A stretch of 64,000 nt of DNA. Origin: an uncultured Candidatus Saccharibacteria bacterium (GTDB lineage Bacteria > Patescibacteriota > Minisyncoccia > 2-02-FULL-40-12 > GWA2-44-9). Below the pieces are notes generated by a model. That model was given only the letters and a program-made list of their open reading frames with translations. It ran no database searches and was not told the DNA's origin. This document shows, one piece after another, positions 9,984 to 19,511 of the stretch. Position 1 is the first letter of the stretch; every line of letters begins with the position of its first letter. The translations under genes and the position numbers were made by a program. The stretch is from positions 206,072 through 270,071 of the forward strand of contig CAZENF010000002.1 in assembly GCA_964513645.1 (NCBI GenBank), read 5' to 3'.

Positions 9984-11351
9984 ATGAGTCTCCTCAGGAA
10001 CTACTCCCTCAAAGATATCGAATATTGGAACGAACGGATAGAGAAAGAAATAATTCCATTTTTGGGTCTTGAAATCTTTCCTCAGGAATTTGAGATCGTC
10101 AGTCAAAGAGCAATGCTTGAGCGGACAGTTTACTTCGGAATGAAAGATTTTTATCCGAACTGGGCGGCTGGAAAAAGATATGATATAAAAGACACTCTTG
10201 TCGGTCTGGGTCTCGAATATCTGCCTTATGAACTTGTCAGGTGCTCGAATCCGTGTCTGGCTTATCTCATGACGGATAATGACCTCGCTATGCAGATACT
10301 TACCATGGCCCATGTTTACGGCCACAATAATTTTTTCAAAAACAACGGGCATTTTAAGAAATATGCCAAAGCCGATTCGGTGGTGGATTTCCTTAAATCT
10401 TCCGAAGAGAGAATCCGTTCTTATAGTTCGGATATTTCCATCGGTAAGGTCAATGTCAGAAAATGTATCGAAGCCGCTCATGCCCTGATGTACCAAAGTA
10501 GCGAGTTACTCGGAACTAATCCTGGCGAGGTTTTTCAACGCCAAGATCTGCTCTTGTTTTTGAGCGAAAACTCCCCAAGACAACTTCAGGACTGGGAAAA
10601 AGACATCATCAATATTGTTAGACAGATGTTTAATTGTCTGTTCAGACCGGCAATTCTTACCACCGGGGTAAATGAAGGCTGGGCGACCTACTGTCACTAT
10701 AAAATAACCCGGGCCTTAAAACTCCCGGCTGAACTTTATTTTGCCTTTGCCCGACACCACAGCAGTGTTGTGCGTTTGCCGGACCAACCAACCGCTTACA
10801 ACAAGTATCTGGTTAACTTTGTTATTTGGAACGAAATTGAAAATGCTTATTATCCGGACAACGAAGATCCAACAGCCCAAATTAGGCCGATACCTCCAGA
10901 TATGTTCAGGATAATGAGTTCGAGTGATGATGAAAGTTTTTTGTCTGGATATCTGACCAAAGACATAGCTAAAAAATTAAGACTTTTTTTGTGGGAAATT
11001 GCCCAGAATAAGGATATAACGGTGGGCCGTATCATTGAAGGGGCGGATAATGAAAAACAGGAAAACAAATCTTTTAACAAAATCAAAGAAAGATTATTAA
11101 AAGGTGTGGGGTTCAATTCGATGCCGGTTATAAATGTTGCAGAACCGAATTATGAAGGTAACCGGTCATTGTATTTAAGACATGAGTTCGATGAACGCTT
11201 TTTAGAACCGGAACACACCTTGAAGACTCTTCAGTATGTGTATTATTTCTGGGGTAAAATGGTTTTACTTGAGACCAAAACTTACAACAGAAAAGTACCG
11301 TATATCTATCAATTCGATGGCAAAATAGGAAGCCAATTCAGGAAACGCTGA
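9984..11351 (+). CDS. SpoVR/YcgB family protein
   Basis: CLAYLM...MAHVYGHNNFFKNN matches the YcgB/SpoVR signature (CIAYLM...HACYGHNSFFKNN). Confidence 0.85.
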   Translation: MSLLRNYSLKDIEYWNERIEKEIIPFLGLEIFPQEFEIVSQRAMLERTVYFGMKDFYPNWAAGKRYDIKDTLVGLGLEYLPYELVRCSNPCLAYLMTDNDLAMQILTMAHVYGHNNFFKNNGHFKKYAKADSVVDFLKSSEERIRSYSSDISIGKVNVRKCIEAAHALMYQSSELLGTNPGEVFQRQDLLLFLSENSPRQLQDWEKDIINIVRQMFNCLFRPAILTTGVNEGWATYCHYKITRALKLPAELYFAFARHHSSVVRLPDQPTAYNKYLVNFVIWNEIENAYYPDNEDPTAQIRPIPPDMFRIMSSSDDESFLSGYLTKDIAKKLRLFLWEIAQNKDITVGRIIEGADNEKQENKSFNKIKERLLKGVGFNSMPVINVAEPNYEGNRSLYLRHEFDERFLEPEHTLKTLQYVYYFWGKMVLLETKTYNRKVPYIYQFDGKIGSQFRKR

Positions 11352-11371
11352 AATATTTATTCAATAAAACT

Positions 11372-11395
11372 AAGCAGCAAAATGCTGCTTTTTTG
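11372..11395 (+). terminator. Rho-independent terminator
   Basis: Stem AAGCAGC/GCTGCTT followed by T-rich sequence (TTTTTTGTTT). Confidence 0.6.
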
Positions 11396-11417
11396 TTTGC
11401 CGGGGCGTATGATTCAC

Positions 11418-11445
11418 TTGATTTTAGCTGATTTTTATCTATACT
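11418..11445 (+). promoter_or_regulatory. Sigma70-like promoter for lon
   Basis: -35 TTGATT, 16-nt spacer, -10 TATACT. An AAGGAGA RBS precedes the ATG. Confidence 0.4.
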
Positions 11446-11480
11446 GCCCTTAACAGTCGCTCTTTTATAACAAGGAGAAT

Positions 11481-13970
11481 ATGGCAGCTGAACTGGTTAA
11501 ACTCGATATTTTACCGGTCATAGATATAAGCCCTTCTTTAATGGTTTTTCCGACCACATCCAGTTGGTTAAGTTTAACAGGCCGTTATGGCGAGGCTCTT
11601 TTTACCGATGCTGTCGCCGGCAGATGTCCTTTTGTTCTTTGTGTCATGACAATTCCAAAACGACCTGCTCCGGAGAGGTTTTACAAACTGGGCGTTGTTG
11701 CCGAACTGGAAGTTAATAGGGAAAAAGAATTCGTTGCCTTCACCGGGCGATACAGGGCCGAAGTTACGGATTGGTACGAAGGTCCAGGGGACAGTAACTA
11801 TTGGCGGGCGAGGGTTACACCGTTCGAAGATGTTGAAGAAGATTATTTTAACAAAAAAAGAGACGGCACTATTGTTACGGAATATATTTTCGAGCTTAGT
11901 GCTCTGATCTTCAGGATCAAAAGGCTTCTCAAAAGACTGGTTGAAGGCGTGGATACGGATTTTTACGGAGATATGCCTGAAATTAAATTTATCCTGGACG
12001 ATTTTGACAACTTCGATTTTAACCGAAGAGAAGGTATAGATAGTTTCGTTTGGAATTTATTGGCCGGGATTCCTGAAGCCAGTTCGAACAAGAAACAATC
12101 GATATTAAGGACAAACCTCCTGACCAAAAGACTCGGAATGATCACCGAATTGCTGGCAGAAAATATAGCCATCTTTGTTAACGAACACGGCAATATAGAA
12201 AAAATAGCCAAGAAAAATATAAAGAATTCCAGGGCCCATGAAGCAATGGAAAAAGTCCCGGTTAACCGGAAAAAAAATACCGAAGATGATTTTGTGGCGG
12301 ATGCCCATCCGGAAGTGGTTAAAAAATGGAAAAAGTTCCAGGAACTCAAACCATTCATGAACGAAGATGCCTGCCGGGTCGCAATGGAGGATTTTAGCCG
12401 CCTCAAGTCCTATAAAAGTCCCGATAGAAATACTTCGGAATGGATCAAATACGAAGCCCGTCTTGATTTCAACCTTTCTTTGCCTTGGAGCAGCGAGACC
12501 AAACAGGAAGAGAATATCAACCGGGTTATGGCGGTTCTTGATGAGGATCACCACGATCTTAAGCATGTCAAAGATACGATCTGTGACAATGTTGCCCCGA
12601 TAATTCTCAATCCGGATTGTAAGGGCAGTATCCTTTGTTTCATCGGTCCGCCTGGAGTGGGAAAAACTTCTTTGGGTAGATCCATCGCGCGTGCCTTGAA
12701 CCGAAAATTTATCCGGGTTTCTTTGGGCGGAATACACGATGAAGCATCGGTCCGCGGTCATAGACTGACCTATATCGGCTCCGAACCGGGGAAGATATTA
12801 AGAGAGATTCAGCGTTGCGGGGTCAAGAATCCTGTTTTTATGATCGATGAGATCGATAAACTGGGCGGGACTTCGGTCAATGGTGACCCTAAAGCGGCGA
12901 TGCTTGAGGTTCTTGATCCGGAACAGAATTGGAGCTTCAAAGACCACTATCTTGATGCCGGGTTCAATTTATCTCATGTCCTTTTCATTGCTACAGCCAA
13001 TGTCGAGCAGAATATCCCCGGACCCTTAAGAGACCGCATGCACATAATTCGTTTGCCTGGTTATCTGATGCCGGACAAGGTTGAAATAGCGAAGAGATTT
13101 TTGATATCCCGATGGATGCCCGAAGTCGGACTATCAAAGAAAGACGGCGATAAGGTAAAAGAACTCTTGTCCTTAAGTTGGGATGATGGAGTTTTGGAAA
13201 AAATAATCGAAGAATACACTTCCGAGGCCGGAGTGAGGAATTTGGACCGGTGTTTAGAGGTTATTCTCAAGAAAATAACCAAGGAATACCTTAAATATAG
13301 GTCAAGCGGCCAAGAATTAAAAGAGTTCAGGGTTACCGATAAAGTTGCCTCTGAATTTCTTGGCAGGAAAAAAATATTAAAAACCGTTGCCCGTCCAACT
13401 GTTCAAGGCGAAGCTATCGGCTTGGCTTGGACCTACACCGGCGGCGATATTTTGTACATTGAGAGTAAGGTCCTTAATGAATTCAATGAGGGTAAATTCG
13501 TCTTCTCTCATACCGGACTCCAAGGTAAGGTTATGGAAGAATCGACCAAGGTTGCCCTATCTCTTATTCGTGAAAGATTGGCGGATAAAGACCACGGCGA
13601 CAGGTTAAATAAAAAATCGATCCATATCCATGTTCCAGAAGGGGCGATTCCGAAGGACGGCCCTTCAGCTGGAGTAGCTTTCTACTGCTCTCTTTTTTCA
13701 GCTGTCGATAAAAGACTGGTCAAACCCTACCTGGGTATGACCGGTGAGATACGTCTTACCGGGATGATTCTTCCGGTCGGAGGTATCCGCGAAAAAATCG
13801 TCGCTGCTTATTCGGCCGGTATCAAAGAAGTTATTCTTCCCAAGCAAAATGAGCGTGATCTGCCCGATGTTCCTAAAGACATTCGGGATAAGCTTAATTT
13901 CCATCTGGTCGAGACGATTGACGAGGTTCAGGAGATCGCTATTCTTCCTGAGACCACGAATCAGACATAA
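11481..13970 (+). CDS. lon: ATP-dependent Lon protease
   Basis: Lon N-domain, AAA+ motif GPPGVGKTS and S16 protease motif PKDGPSAG with the catalytic Lys region. Confidence 0.95.
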   Translation: MAAELVKLDILPVIDISPSLMVFPTTSSWLSLTGRYGEALFTDAVAGRCPFVLCVMTIPKRPAPERFYKLGVVAELEVNREKEFVAFTGRYRAEVTDWYEGPGDSNYWRARVTPFEDVEEDYFNKKRDGTIVTEYIFELSALIFRIKRLLKRLVEGVDTDFYGDMPEIKFILDDFDNFDFNRREGIDSFVWNLLAGIPEASSNKKQSILRTNLLTKRLGMITELLAENIAIFVNEHGNIEKIAKKNIKNSRAHEAMEKVPVNRKKNTEDDFVADAHPEVVKKWKKFQELKPFMNEDACRVAMEDFSRLKSYKSPDRNTSEWIKYEARLDFNLSLPWSSETKQEENINRVMAVLDEDHHDLKHVKDTICDNVAPIILNPDCKGSILCFIGPPGVGKTSLGRSIARALNRKFIRVSLGGIHDEASVRGHRLTYIGSEPGKILREIQRCGVKNPVFMIDEIDKLGGTSVNGDPKAAMLEVLDPEQNWSFKDHYLDAGFNLSHVLFIATANVEQNIPGPLRDRMHIIRLPGYLMPDKVEIAKRFLISRWMPEVGLSKKDGDKVKELLSLSWDDGVLEKIIEEYTSEAGVRNLDRCLEVILKKITKEYLKYRSSGQELKEFRVTDKVASEFLGRKKILKTVARPTVQGEAIGLAWTYTGGDILYIESKVLNEFNEGKFVFSHTGLQGKVMEESTKVALSLIRERLADKDHGDRLNKKSIHIHVPEGAIPKDGPSAGVAFYCSLFSAVDKRLVKPYLGMTGEIRLTGMILPVGGIREKIVAAYSAGIKEVILPKQNERDLPDVPKDIRDKLNFHLVETIDEVQEIAILPETTNQT

Positions 13971-13973
13971 CCA

Positions 13974-13996
13974 AAAGCCCTTTATAGGGCTTTTTA
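13974..13996 (+). terminator. Rho-independent terminator
   Basis: Stem AAAGCCC/GGGCTTT followed by T5. Confidence 0.6.
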
Positions 13997-14037
13997 TTTC
14001 GGTTGAATTTATCAGCCATACGATATAGGATGTAACG

Positions 14038-15603
14038 GTGTTTAATCCTTATACCTATCTCCATATCGGCCAGTCTTCTGATATTCCAGAATCCGGACAG
14101 AGATGGCTTTACCGGGTCTTTGAAATAGTGCCCGGTTTTTTAGCCTGGGCAACCCTAATTCTGATATTCGTCTTATCATTTAAATTGCCGGTTTGGGTCG
14201 CTTTTTTTATCATAATCTTCGATGTCTATTGGTTCATTAAAACCGTATACCTGTCTTTCCATCTCAAGGTCTCATATAATCGTCTCCGGGCAAATTTGAA
14301 GATCAACTGGCTGGAAAGACTTAATGGTCTGGAACCGGATTCTTATAAAATTAAAACTGTCAGGTCTTGGTATGATGTTTATCATCTCGTATTCCTGCCT
14401 CTTTACAAAGAAGATTTAAATCTTGTTTCGGCGACTTTTGAGGGTCTCATGCGTTCCAATTACCCTAAGGAAAAATTATTTATCGTCCTTTGCTATGAGG
14501 AAAGGGGAGGCGAATCTGCAAAGAATGTTGTAAATGAGATACAAAAAAATTATGCTCACAAATTTTATCGCTTTATGACTATAATGCATCCAGCGGGACT
14601 TTCTAACGAAATTCCGGGCAAAGGTTCGAACACCGCTTATGCTGCCAAAATAGTTAAAGAAGAAATAGACAGGGCACAGCTTAACTATGACCAAATCCTT
14701 GTTTCTAATTTTGATATTGATACGGTCGTATTTCCTGAATACTTCGGTATCTTAACCCACACCTATCTGACCAGCGAGAATCCACTTCATGCATCATACC
14801 AGCCAATTCCTCTCTATATAAACAATATCTGGGAGGCGCCGTCTTTTGCCAGAGTCGTCGCATTCTCGGCAACTTTTTGGCACACCATAAAACAGGAAAA
14901 ATGGGAGACGGCCACGACCTTCTCGTCCCACTCGATGCCGTTTAGGGCTTTGGTCGATGTCGGCTATTGGCAGAAGAACATGGTCTCCGAAGATTCACGC
15001 ATCTTCTGGCAGTGTTTTTTGCGTTATGACGGTGACTATCGAGTTGTCCCGCTTTATTACCCCGTTTCGATGGATGCCAACGTTGCCGATACGACCTGGC
15101 AAACTTTCAAGAATGTTTATAAGCAGCAACGGCGCTGGGCATATGGCGCGGAAAATATTCCGTATTTCCTGTTCGGTTTTTTTAAGAACAGGTCATTATC
15201 TTTTTTTAAGAAATGGCGCTACGGATTTATGGTTGTCGAAGGCAATCATTCGTGGGCGACGAATGCTCTTATTATTTTTCTTCTCGGCTGGCTGCCAGTG
15301 GTTGTCGGAGGAGGGGAATTCAACCGCTCGATCCTATCCTTTAATTTGCCTCACATTACCCGCTGGATAATGACTTTCTCAATGGTCGGTCTTGTCTCTA
15401 CTGCTACGTTATCAATAATCCTTCTTCCGCCTCGTCCGCCTAAATTTGGGAAATTTAAATATCTTTGGATGGTTCTGCAATGGCTTCTTTTCCCTGTGAC
15501 GACCATTTGTCTCGGGCTTCTGCCGGCACTTGATGCCCAGACTCGTCTGATGTTAGGTAAGTATATGGGATTTTGGGTTACTCCAAAGACGCGTCGTATT
15601 TGA
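14038..15603 (+). CDS. Processive family-2 glycosyltransferase (membrane-integrated, cellulose/chitin-synthase-like)
   Basis: N- and C-terminal TM helices and the QQRRW (QxxRW) motif. GTG start with an AGGA RBS. Confidence 0.55.
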   Translation: MFNPYTYLHIGQSSDIPESGQRWLYRVFEIVPGFLAWATLILIFVLSFKLPVWVAFFIIIFDVYWFIKTVYLSFHLKVSYNRLRANLKINWLERLNGLEPDSYKIKTVRSWYDVYHLVFLPLYKEDLNLVSATFEGLMRSNYPKEKLFIVLCYEERGGESAKNVVNEIQKNYAHKFYRFMTIMHPAGLSNEIPGKGSNTAYAAKIVKEEIDRAQLNYDQILVSNFDIDTVVFPEYFGILTHTYLTSENPLHASYQPIPLYINNIWEAPSFARVVAFSATFWHTIKQEKWETATTFSSHSMPFRALVDVGYWQKNMVSEDSRIFWQCFLRYDGDYRVVPLYYPVSMDANVADTTWQTFKNVYKQQRRWAYGAENIPYFLFGFFKNRSLSFFKKWRYGFMVVEGNHSWATNALIIFLLGWLPVVVGGGEFNRSILSFNLPHITRWIMTFSMVGLVSTATLSIILLPPRPPKFGKFKYLWMVLQWLLFPVTTICLGLLPALDAQTRLMLGKYMGFWVTPKTRRI

Positions 15604-15655
15604 TTTTGTTTTCATTTTCAAATAACATACCTTCATAACCTCATGGGAGAAGGAT

Positions 15656-15925
15656 ATGACCGACCCTAAAGACTGCCCTCACAACAACGTTGACCTTAGC
15701 TGGTCTCACGGCGAATGTCCTCGATGTATTGATTGCGGGATGGTAGGGGAGTTTGCCCCGTTTCCTGATATTGTTTGGGGAAATGATCCATTAACGATGG
15801 CCGCGGAACTTATGGTATCTTCTGAAGAAGAGGCTGCCGACCACATGATCAGTTATCTGGCTTTGGCCAAATGGTCAGGATTTTCTGTTTATGACGAGCG
15901 TTTGAAAGAGCTGACGAAAAATTAA
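15656..15925 (+). CDS. Small Cys-rich (zinc-ribbon-like) hypothetical protein
   Basis: CPHN...CPRCIDC motif. Strong GGAGAAGGA RBS and a terminator downstream. Confidence 0.5.
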   Translation: MTDPKDCPHNNVDLSWSHGECPRCIDCGMVGEFAPFPDIVWGNDPLTMAAELMVSSEEEAADHMISYLALAKWSGFSVYDERLKELTKN

Positions 15926-15948
15926 TCCGCTAGAAGGCGGATTTTTTA
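15924..15948. terminator. Bidirectional hairpin terminator between convergent genes
   Basis: Stem AATCCGC/GCGGATT flanked by A- and T-runs. Confidence 0.55.
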
Positions 15949-18084
15949 TTCAAAATGTGTGAGCTTTTGGAACGATTCGAGGCGTTCTTGGAGGAGGGGA
16001 TAATTTTTAAGAGAGGGATCTTCTTTGAGAAGAGTGCGGGCTTCGAGACGGGCTTTTTTTATCAGGTCGATGTTGGCAAGGGAAGCCATGGCGAGGTCAG
16101 GCAGACCTGATTGCTTGACTCCGAAAAATTCCCCCGGTCCACGGAGCTTCATATCCTCTTCGGCCAGTTTAAATCCGTCATCTGTTTGGGCGAGTGCGTT
16201 TAAACGCCTATTTGTGGTCTTATCCTCTGTTGAACAAAAAAGAAGGCAGTATGATTGAAATTCATCCCGTCCGACCCGGCCGCGGAATTGGTGAAGCTGG
16301 GCAAGTCCGAAACGTTCGGCGCTTTCAATTGCCATGATCGTTGCATTGGGTACGTCGACGCCAACTTCAATGACCGAAGTTGAAACAAGGATATTATACC
16401 AGCCGTCCTTGAACTTATTCATTATGTCGGCTTTTTCTTTGGGCTTCATTTTACCGTGAAGCATTGCGACCTTGAGGTCAGGGAAGACTGCTTCTGATAA
16501 TTTCTTATATTCTTCTTCGACCGCTTTTACTTCCTGCCAGAGGATATTCATCTTGCTTTGTCCATAGCCGGCTTTAATTTCTTTTTTTGGATCAGACACT
16601 TCAATACGAGGACAAACAACGAAAACCTGACGCCCCTTTTTAACTTCTTCGCGTATGAATTGATAAGATAATTTTTTCTGAGATGGCGGGACAACCCTGG
16701 TGATTATTTTCTGGCGATTCTTCGGTTTTTCTTTTATGAGTGAAATATCAAGGTCGCCATAAATGGTTAAAGCCAAGGTTCTTGGGATGGGCGTTGCCGT
16801 CATACTTAGGAAGTGAGGGACAAGTTCCATGTTTTTGACTAAAGCGGAACGCTGATGGATGCCGAAACGGTGCTGTTCATCGATAACAACCATCGCCAAT
16901 TTGGCAAATGAAACATCTTTTTGGATGACGGCATGGGTACCGATAATTATACCAACTTCACCTGACGCTATTTTCTGTTTTAATTCTTTTTTGAGAATAT
17001 CTTTTCCGTCAAGCTTGGATTCGGAACCGGTTAAGAGACAGGTGTGTACGGCGCTATCTTTAATCAGCGAACCCACGGTTTCATAGTGCTGGGCGGCCAG
17101 AACTTCGGTCGGCACCATAAAAACCGTCTGACAGCCGTTTTTGGCAATCTGATAAGCGGCGGTCAGGGCAACAACAGTTTTTCCTGACCCGACATCTCCT
17201 TCCATCAGCCGGTTCATCGGATAATTTTTCTTGAGATCTTTTAATATTTCCCATAGCGAGACCTTTTGGTCGGTGGTCAGTTCAAACGGCAGTTGGGCTA
17301 TAAAATTCTGAATAAGCGGCTGGTCGAATTCTACGGAGATAGATTTTAATTGGTTCAATTTCCGTCTTTCGAGGAGAGCTTTAATCTGGAAAAGTAATAA
17401 ATCTTCAAACGCAAAACGTTCTCTTGCGGTTTCTGCTTCTACAAGCTCGTTCGGATAATGGATATCTGAAATTGCTTGGGAAAGTTCCGGGAAATTATAT
17501 TTAGAAAGAAGTGAGGAGGGGAGAGGGTCGTCGAGGGTTATGTTTTTAAGAACGGGCTTAATCAGGAAACGTAGATACTTGGAGGTTACGCCTTCGGTTT
17601 CCGGATAAACTGGTACAAGGCCATGGGTGTGTTTCAGGTTTACTGAAGAAGCTGCGGGCTGAAGGTCAGGAGAGGTCGATATCTTTTCATAGGTAGGGCT
17701 TGAAAGATAAACTCCGTTTTTGTTCAAAGAAACTTTTCCGGCCAGACTGACAAAGGTGCCCTCGGTCAGTTGATTCTCGATATACGGTTGGTTGAACCAG
17801 ACGACTTTAATTGCGCCGGATGAATCACCGACGATGGCGTTTGTAACAGATAAGCGTCTTGGGAAGATACGGCGGCTTGAGATTTTCAGGACCTCACCTT
17901 GAACATTAACTTTTTGTCCGGGTTCGGCTTGGGCAATTGGCATTAGTTCGGTGTAGTCTTCATAACGAACGGGAAAATGCCAAAGGAGGTTTTTTAGAGT
18001 TTTAATGCCAAGCCGGTTTAGCCGAGAAATATTCCTTGGCCCGACATTGCGCAATTTTTCTATCGGCAAATCGAGGGGTGTCAT
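15946..18084 (-). CDS. recG: ATP-dependent DNA helicase RecG
   Basis: Wedge/OB N-terminal domain. Helicase motifs GDVGSGKT, DEQHRFG and the TATPIPRT block. 712 aa. Confidence 0.9.
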   Translation of the reverse strand: MTPLDLPIEKLRNVGPRNISRLNRLGIKTLKNLLWHFPVRYEDYTELMPIAQAEPGQKVNVQGEVLKISSRRIFPRRLSVTNAIVGDSSGAIKVVWFNQPYIENQLTEGTFVSLAGKVSLNKNGVYLSSPTYEKISTSPDLQPAASSVNLKHTHGLVPVYPETEGVTSKYLRFLIKPVLKNITLDDPLPSSLLSKYNFPELSQAISDIHYPNELVEAETARERFAFEDLLLFQIKALLERRKLNQLKSISVEFDQPLIQNFIAQLPFELTTDQKVSLWEILKDLKKNYPMNRLMEGDVGSGKTVVALTAAYQIAKNGCQTVFMVPTEVLAAQHYETVGSLIKDSAVHTCLLTGSESKLDGKDILKKELKQKIASGEVGIIIGTHAVIQKDVSFAKLAMVVIDEQHRFGIHQRSALVKNMELVPHFLSMTATPIPRTLALTIYGDLDISLIKEKPKNRQKIITRVVPPSQKKLSYQFIREEVKKGRQVFVVCPRIEVSDPKKEIKAGYGQSKMNILWQEVKAVEEEYKKLSEAVFPDLKVAMLHGKMKPKEKADIMNKFKDGWYNILVSTSVIEVGVDVPNATIMAIESAERFGLAQLHQFRGRVGRDEFQSYCLLFCSTEDKTTNRRLNALAQTDDGFKLAEEDMKLRGPGEFFGVKQSGLPDLAMASLANIDLIKKARLEARTLLKEDPSLKNYPLLQERLESFQKLTHFE

Positions 18085-18134
18085 TGGTTAGCCGTTATTT
18101 TAACATTTTTTTAAATAAATCAACACAAGAGATA

Positions 18135-18168
18135 AACACAACCCACGCTATTAGCGTGGGTTGTGTTT
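18135..18168 (-). terminator. Hairpin terminator downstream of tRNA-Arg
   Basis: 13-bp perfect stem ACACAACCCACGC/GCGTGGGTTGTGT followed by T-rich sequence on the minus strand. Confidence 0.6.
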
Positions 18169-18174
18169 ATAATG

Positions 18175-18246
18175 TCCCCTCGTGAGGAATCGAACCTCAA
18201 TTACAAGATCCGCAATCTTGTGTCCTATCCGTTGAACGACGAGGGG
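18175..18246 (-). tRNA. tRNA-Arg (anticodon read as GCG)
   Basis: Folded by hand. Acceptor CCCCTCG/CGAGGGG, T-loop TTCGATT, anticodon loop TTGCGGA. Confidence 0.6.
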
Positions 18247-18250
18247 AAAA

Positions 18251-18859
18251 TTATAATCCCATTCTCTTTGCAATTATATCTATCAGAGAATGTTCATGCT
18301 CTTTTTCAGGCAAAAAATTTATTAACAACGACCGTATCAGAAGAGGATTCTTGTTCTCGATCGATACCGTGACATAGGGCATATACCATTTTTTTGCTTC
18401 CAGACTTAACTCCTTTAATTCCCCGGGGTTGTAATGTATCCAGAATGAGCGGAGGTCCTTGTAATAATACATTGCGTTGCCGATTGCCACACCCCCCTGG
18501 TCGATATGTATCCTTGAGATTTCAGGCCGGCGGGTGGAATAAAGTATCAGGACCAGAGAGGCCAGGACCATAAAGATTGCGGTCAGTTTGTCCTTGCCGA
18601 AATACAGCATTCCGCCACCGCCGATTATCAATGCGACGATGAGGAGGGAAAGGTATCTTTTTTGAGGATTGAAATAAAACGACGGTGCCTCCCAACCTAT
18701 TGCCGGTGAGGCAAGTGAGGTTTTAGCTTCCAGGGGTTTGATAAATTTTTTTATAATGGGAGCAGCTGGTCTTTTTATGACAAGGTTCGGCGGCGGATTT
18801 TTGAACCGCTTTTCTTTTTCTCTTTGATGCTTTTCTCTTAAGTTAAGTATTTGAGGCAT
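18251..18859 (-). CDS. Hypothetical membrane protein
   Basis: 202-aa ORF with a basic N-terminus and two TM helices. No recognisable family. Confidence 0.45.
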   Translation of the reverse strand: MPQILNLREKHQREKEKRFKNPPPNLVIKRPAAPIIKKFIKPLEAKTSLASPAIGWEAPSFYFNPQKRYLSLLIVALIIGGGGMLYFGKDKLTAIFMVLASLVLILYSTRRPEISRIHIDQGGVAIGNAMYYYKDLRSFWIHYNPGELKELSLEAKKWYMPYVTVSIENKNPLLIRSLLINFLPEKEHEHSLIDIIAKRMGL

Positions 18860-18880
18860 GGTCCTCTTTAGGAATTATTT

Positions 18881-18972
18881 TGTGGCGGTGAGGGTGAGAT
18901 TCGAACTCACGGTACGGTTTCCCGTACAACGGTTTTCACAACCGTCGCCTTAAACCACTCGGCCCCCTCACC
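18881..18972 (-). tRNA. tRNA-Ser (anticodon UGA as read). Type II with long variable arm, CCA encoded.
   Basis: Acceptor GGTGAGG, G73 discriminator, long variable arm GTACGG..CCGTAC. Anticodon loop TGTGAAA has G at position 33. Confidence 0.65.
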
Positions 18973-18975
18973 AAA

Positions 18976-19404
18976 TTAATTATCATCTTGACCGGAGGTG
19001 CGCTTGAAAGCGTTAAAACCCTTTGATATTTCGCTTAGAAGAAAAGCTCCAAGAACTTCATAGGACATGAATCTTGTCGTTGACGAAACCTCGCGGTGGG
19101 TAAAAAATCCGATCAGAAGCATCGCCAGGAGGGAAATCCACCAAATATACACGAAAAGTTCTCCGGGCATTATTCTTAACTTAACCCCAGTCCAGCGCGA
19201 TGTTTCTTTGTGGACGATGTAAACACCTAAAAGAATAAGGTAGCTTGTAGCTACAGCCTCGGAAAGTTCGAATTTAGGATTGATAAAATTGAACCAACAT
19301 AATCCCAAAAGGACGAATGTCCAGATAATAAGAAAGTAAAAAAGCAGGTCTTTTACGGAGGATAATTCAGTTCTGTAGCGCTTGGCTACTGCTTGATTAT
19401 CCAT
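18976..19404 (-). CDS. Hypothetical membrane protein
   Basis: 142 aa with four predicted TM helices. Confidence 0.45.
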   Translation of the reverse strand: MDNQAVAKRYRTELSSVKDLLFYFLIIWTFVLLGLCWFNFINPKFELSEAVATSYLILLGVYIVHKETSRWTGVKLRIMPGELFVYIWWISLLAMLLIGFFTHREVSSTTRFMSYEVLGAFLLSEISKGFNAFKRTSGQDDN

Positions 19405-19511
19405 ATCTCTATTTTAGCACTATTTTGACTGATTTGCCAGTTTTCGCGACGCTTTAAATAAGGCCTAAAAAGTATTGTTTTTAGGCGCAGAAGCACTATA
19501 ATCAATGAATT

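Noticed and set aside
9483-10496. 337-aa ORF on the minus strand
   Set aside because: It is antisense to the DUF444 and SpoVR genes. Both sense genes show strong, specific family signatures, so this is a shadow ORF.
12105-12761. 218-aa ORF on the minus strand inside lon
   Set aside because: Antisense shadow ORF within the well-supported Lon AAA+ region.
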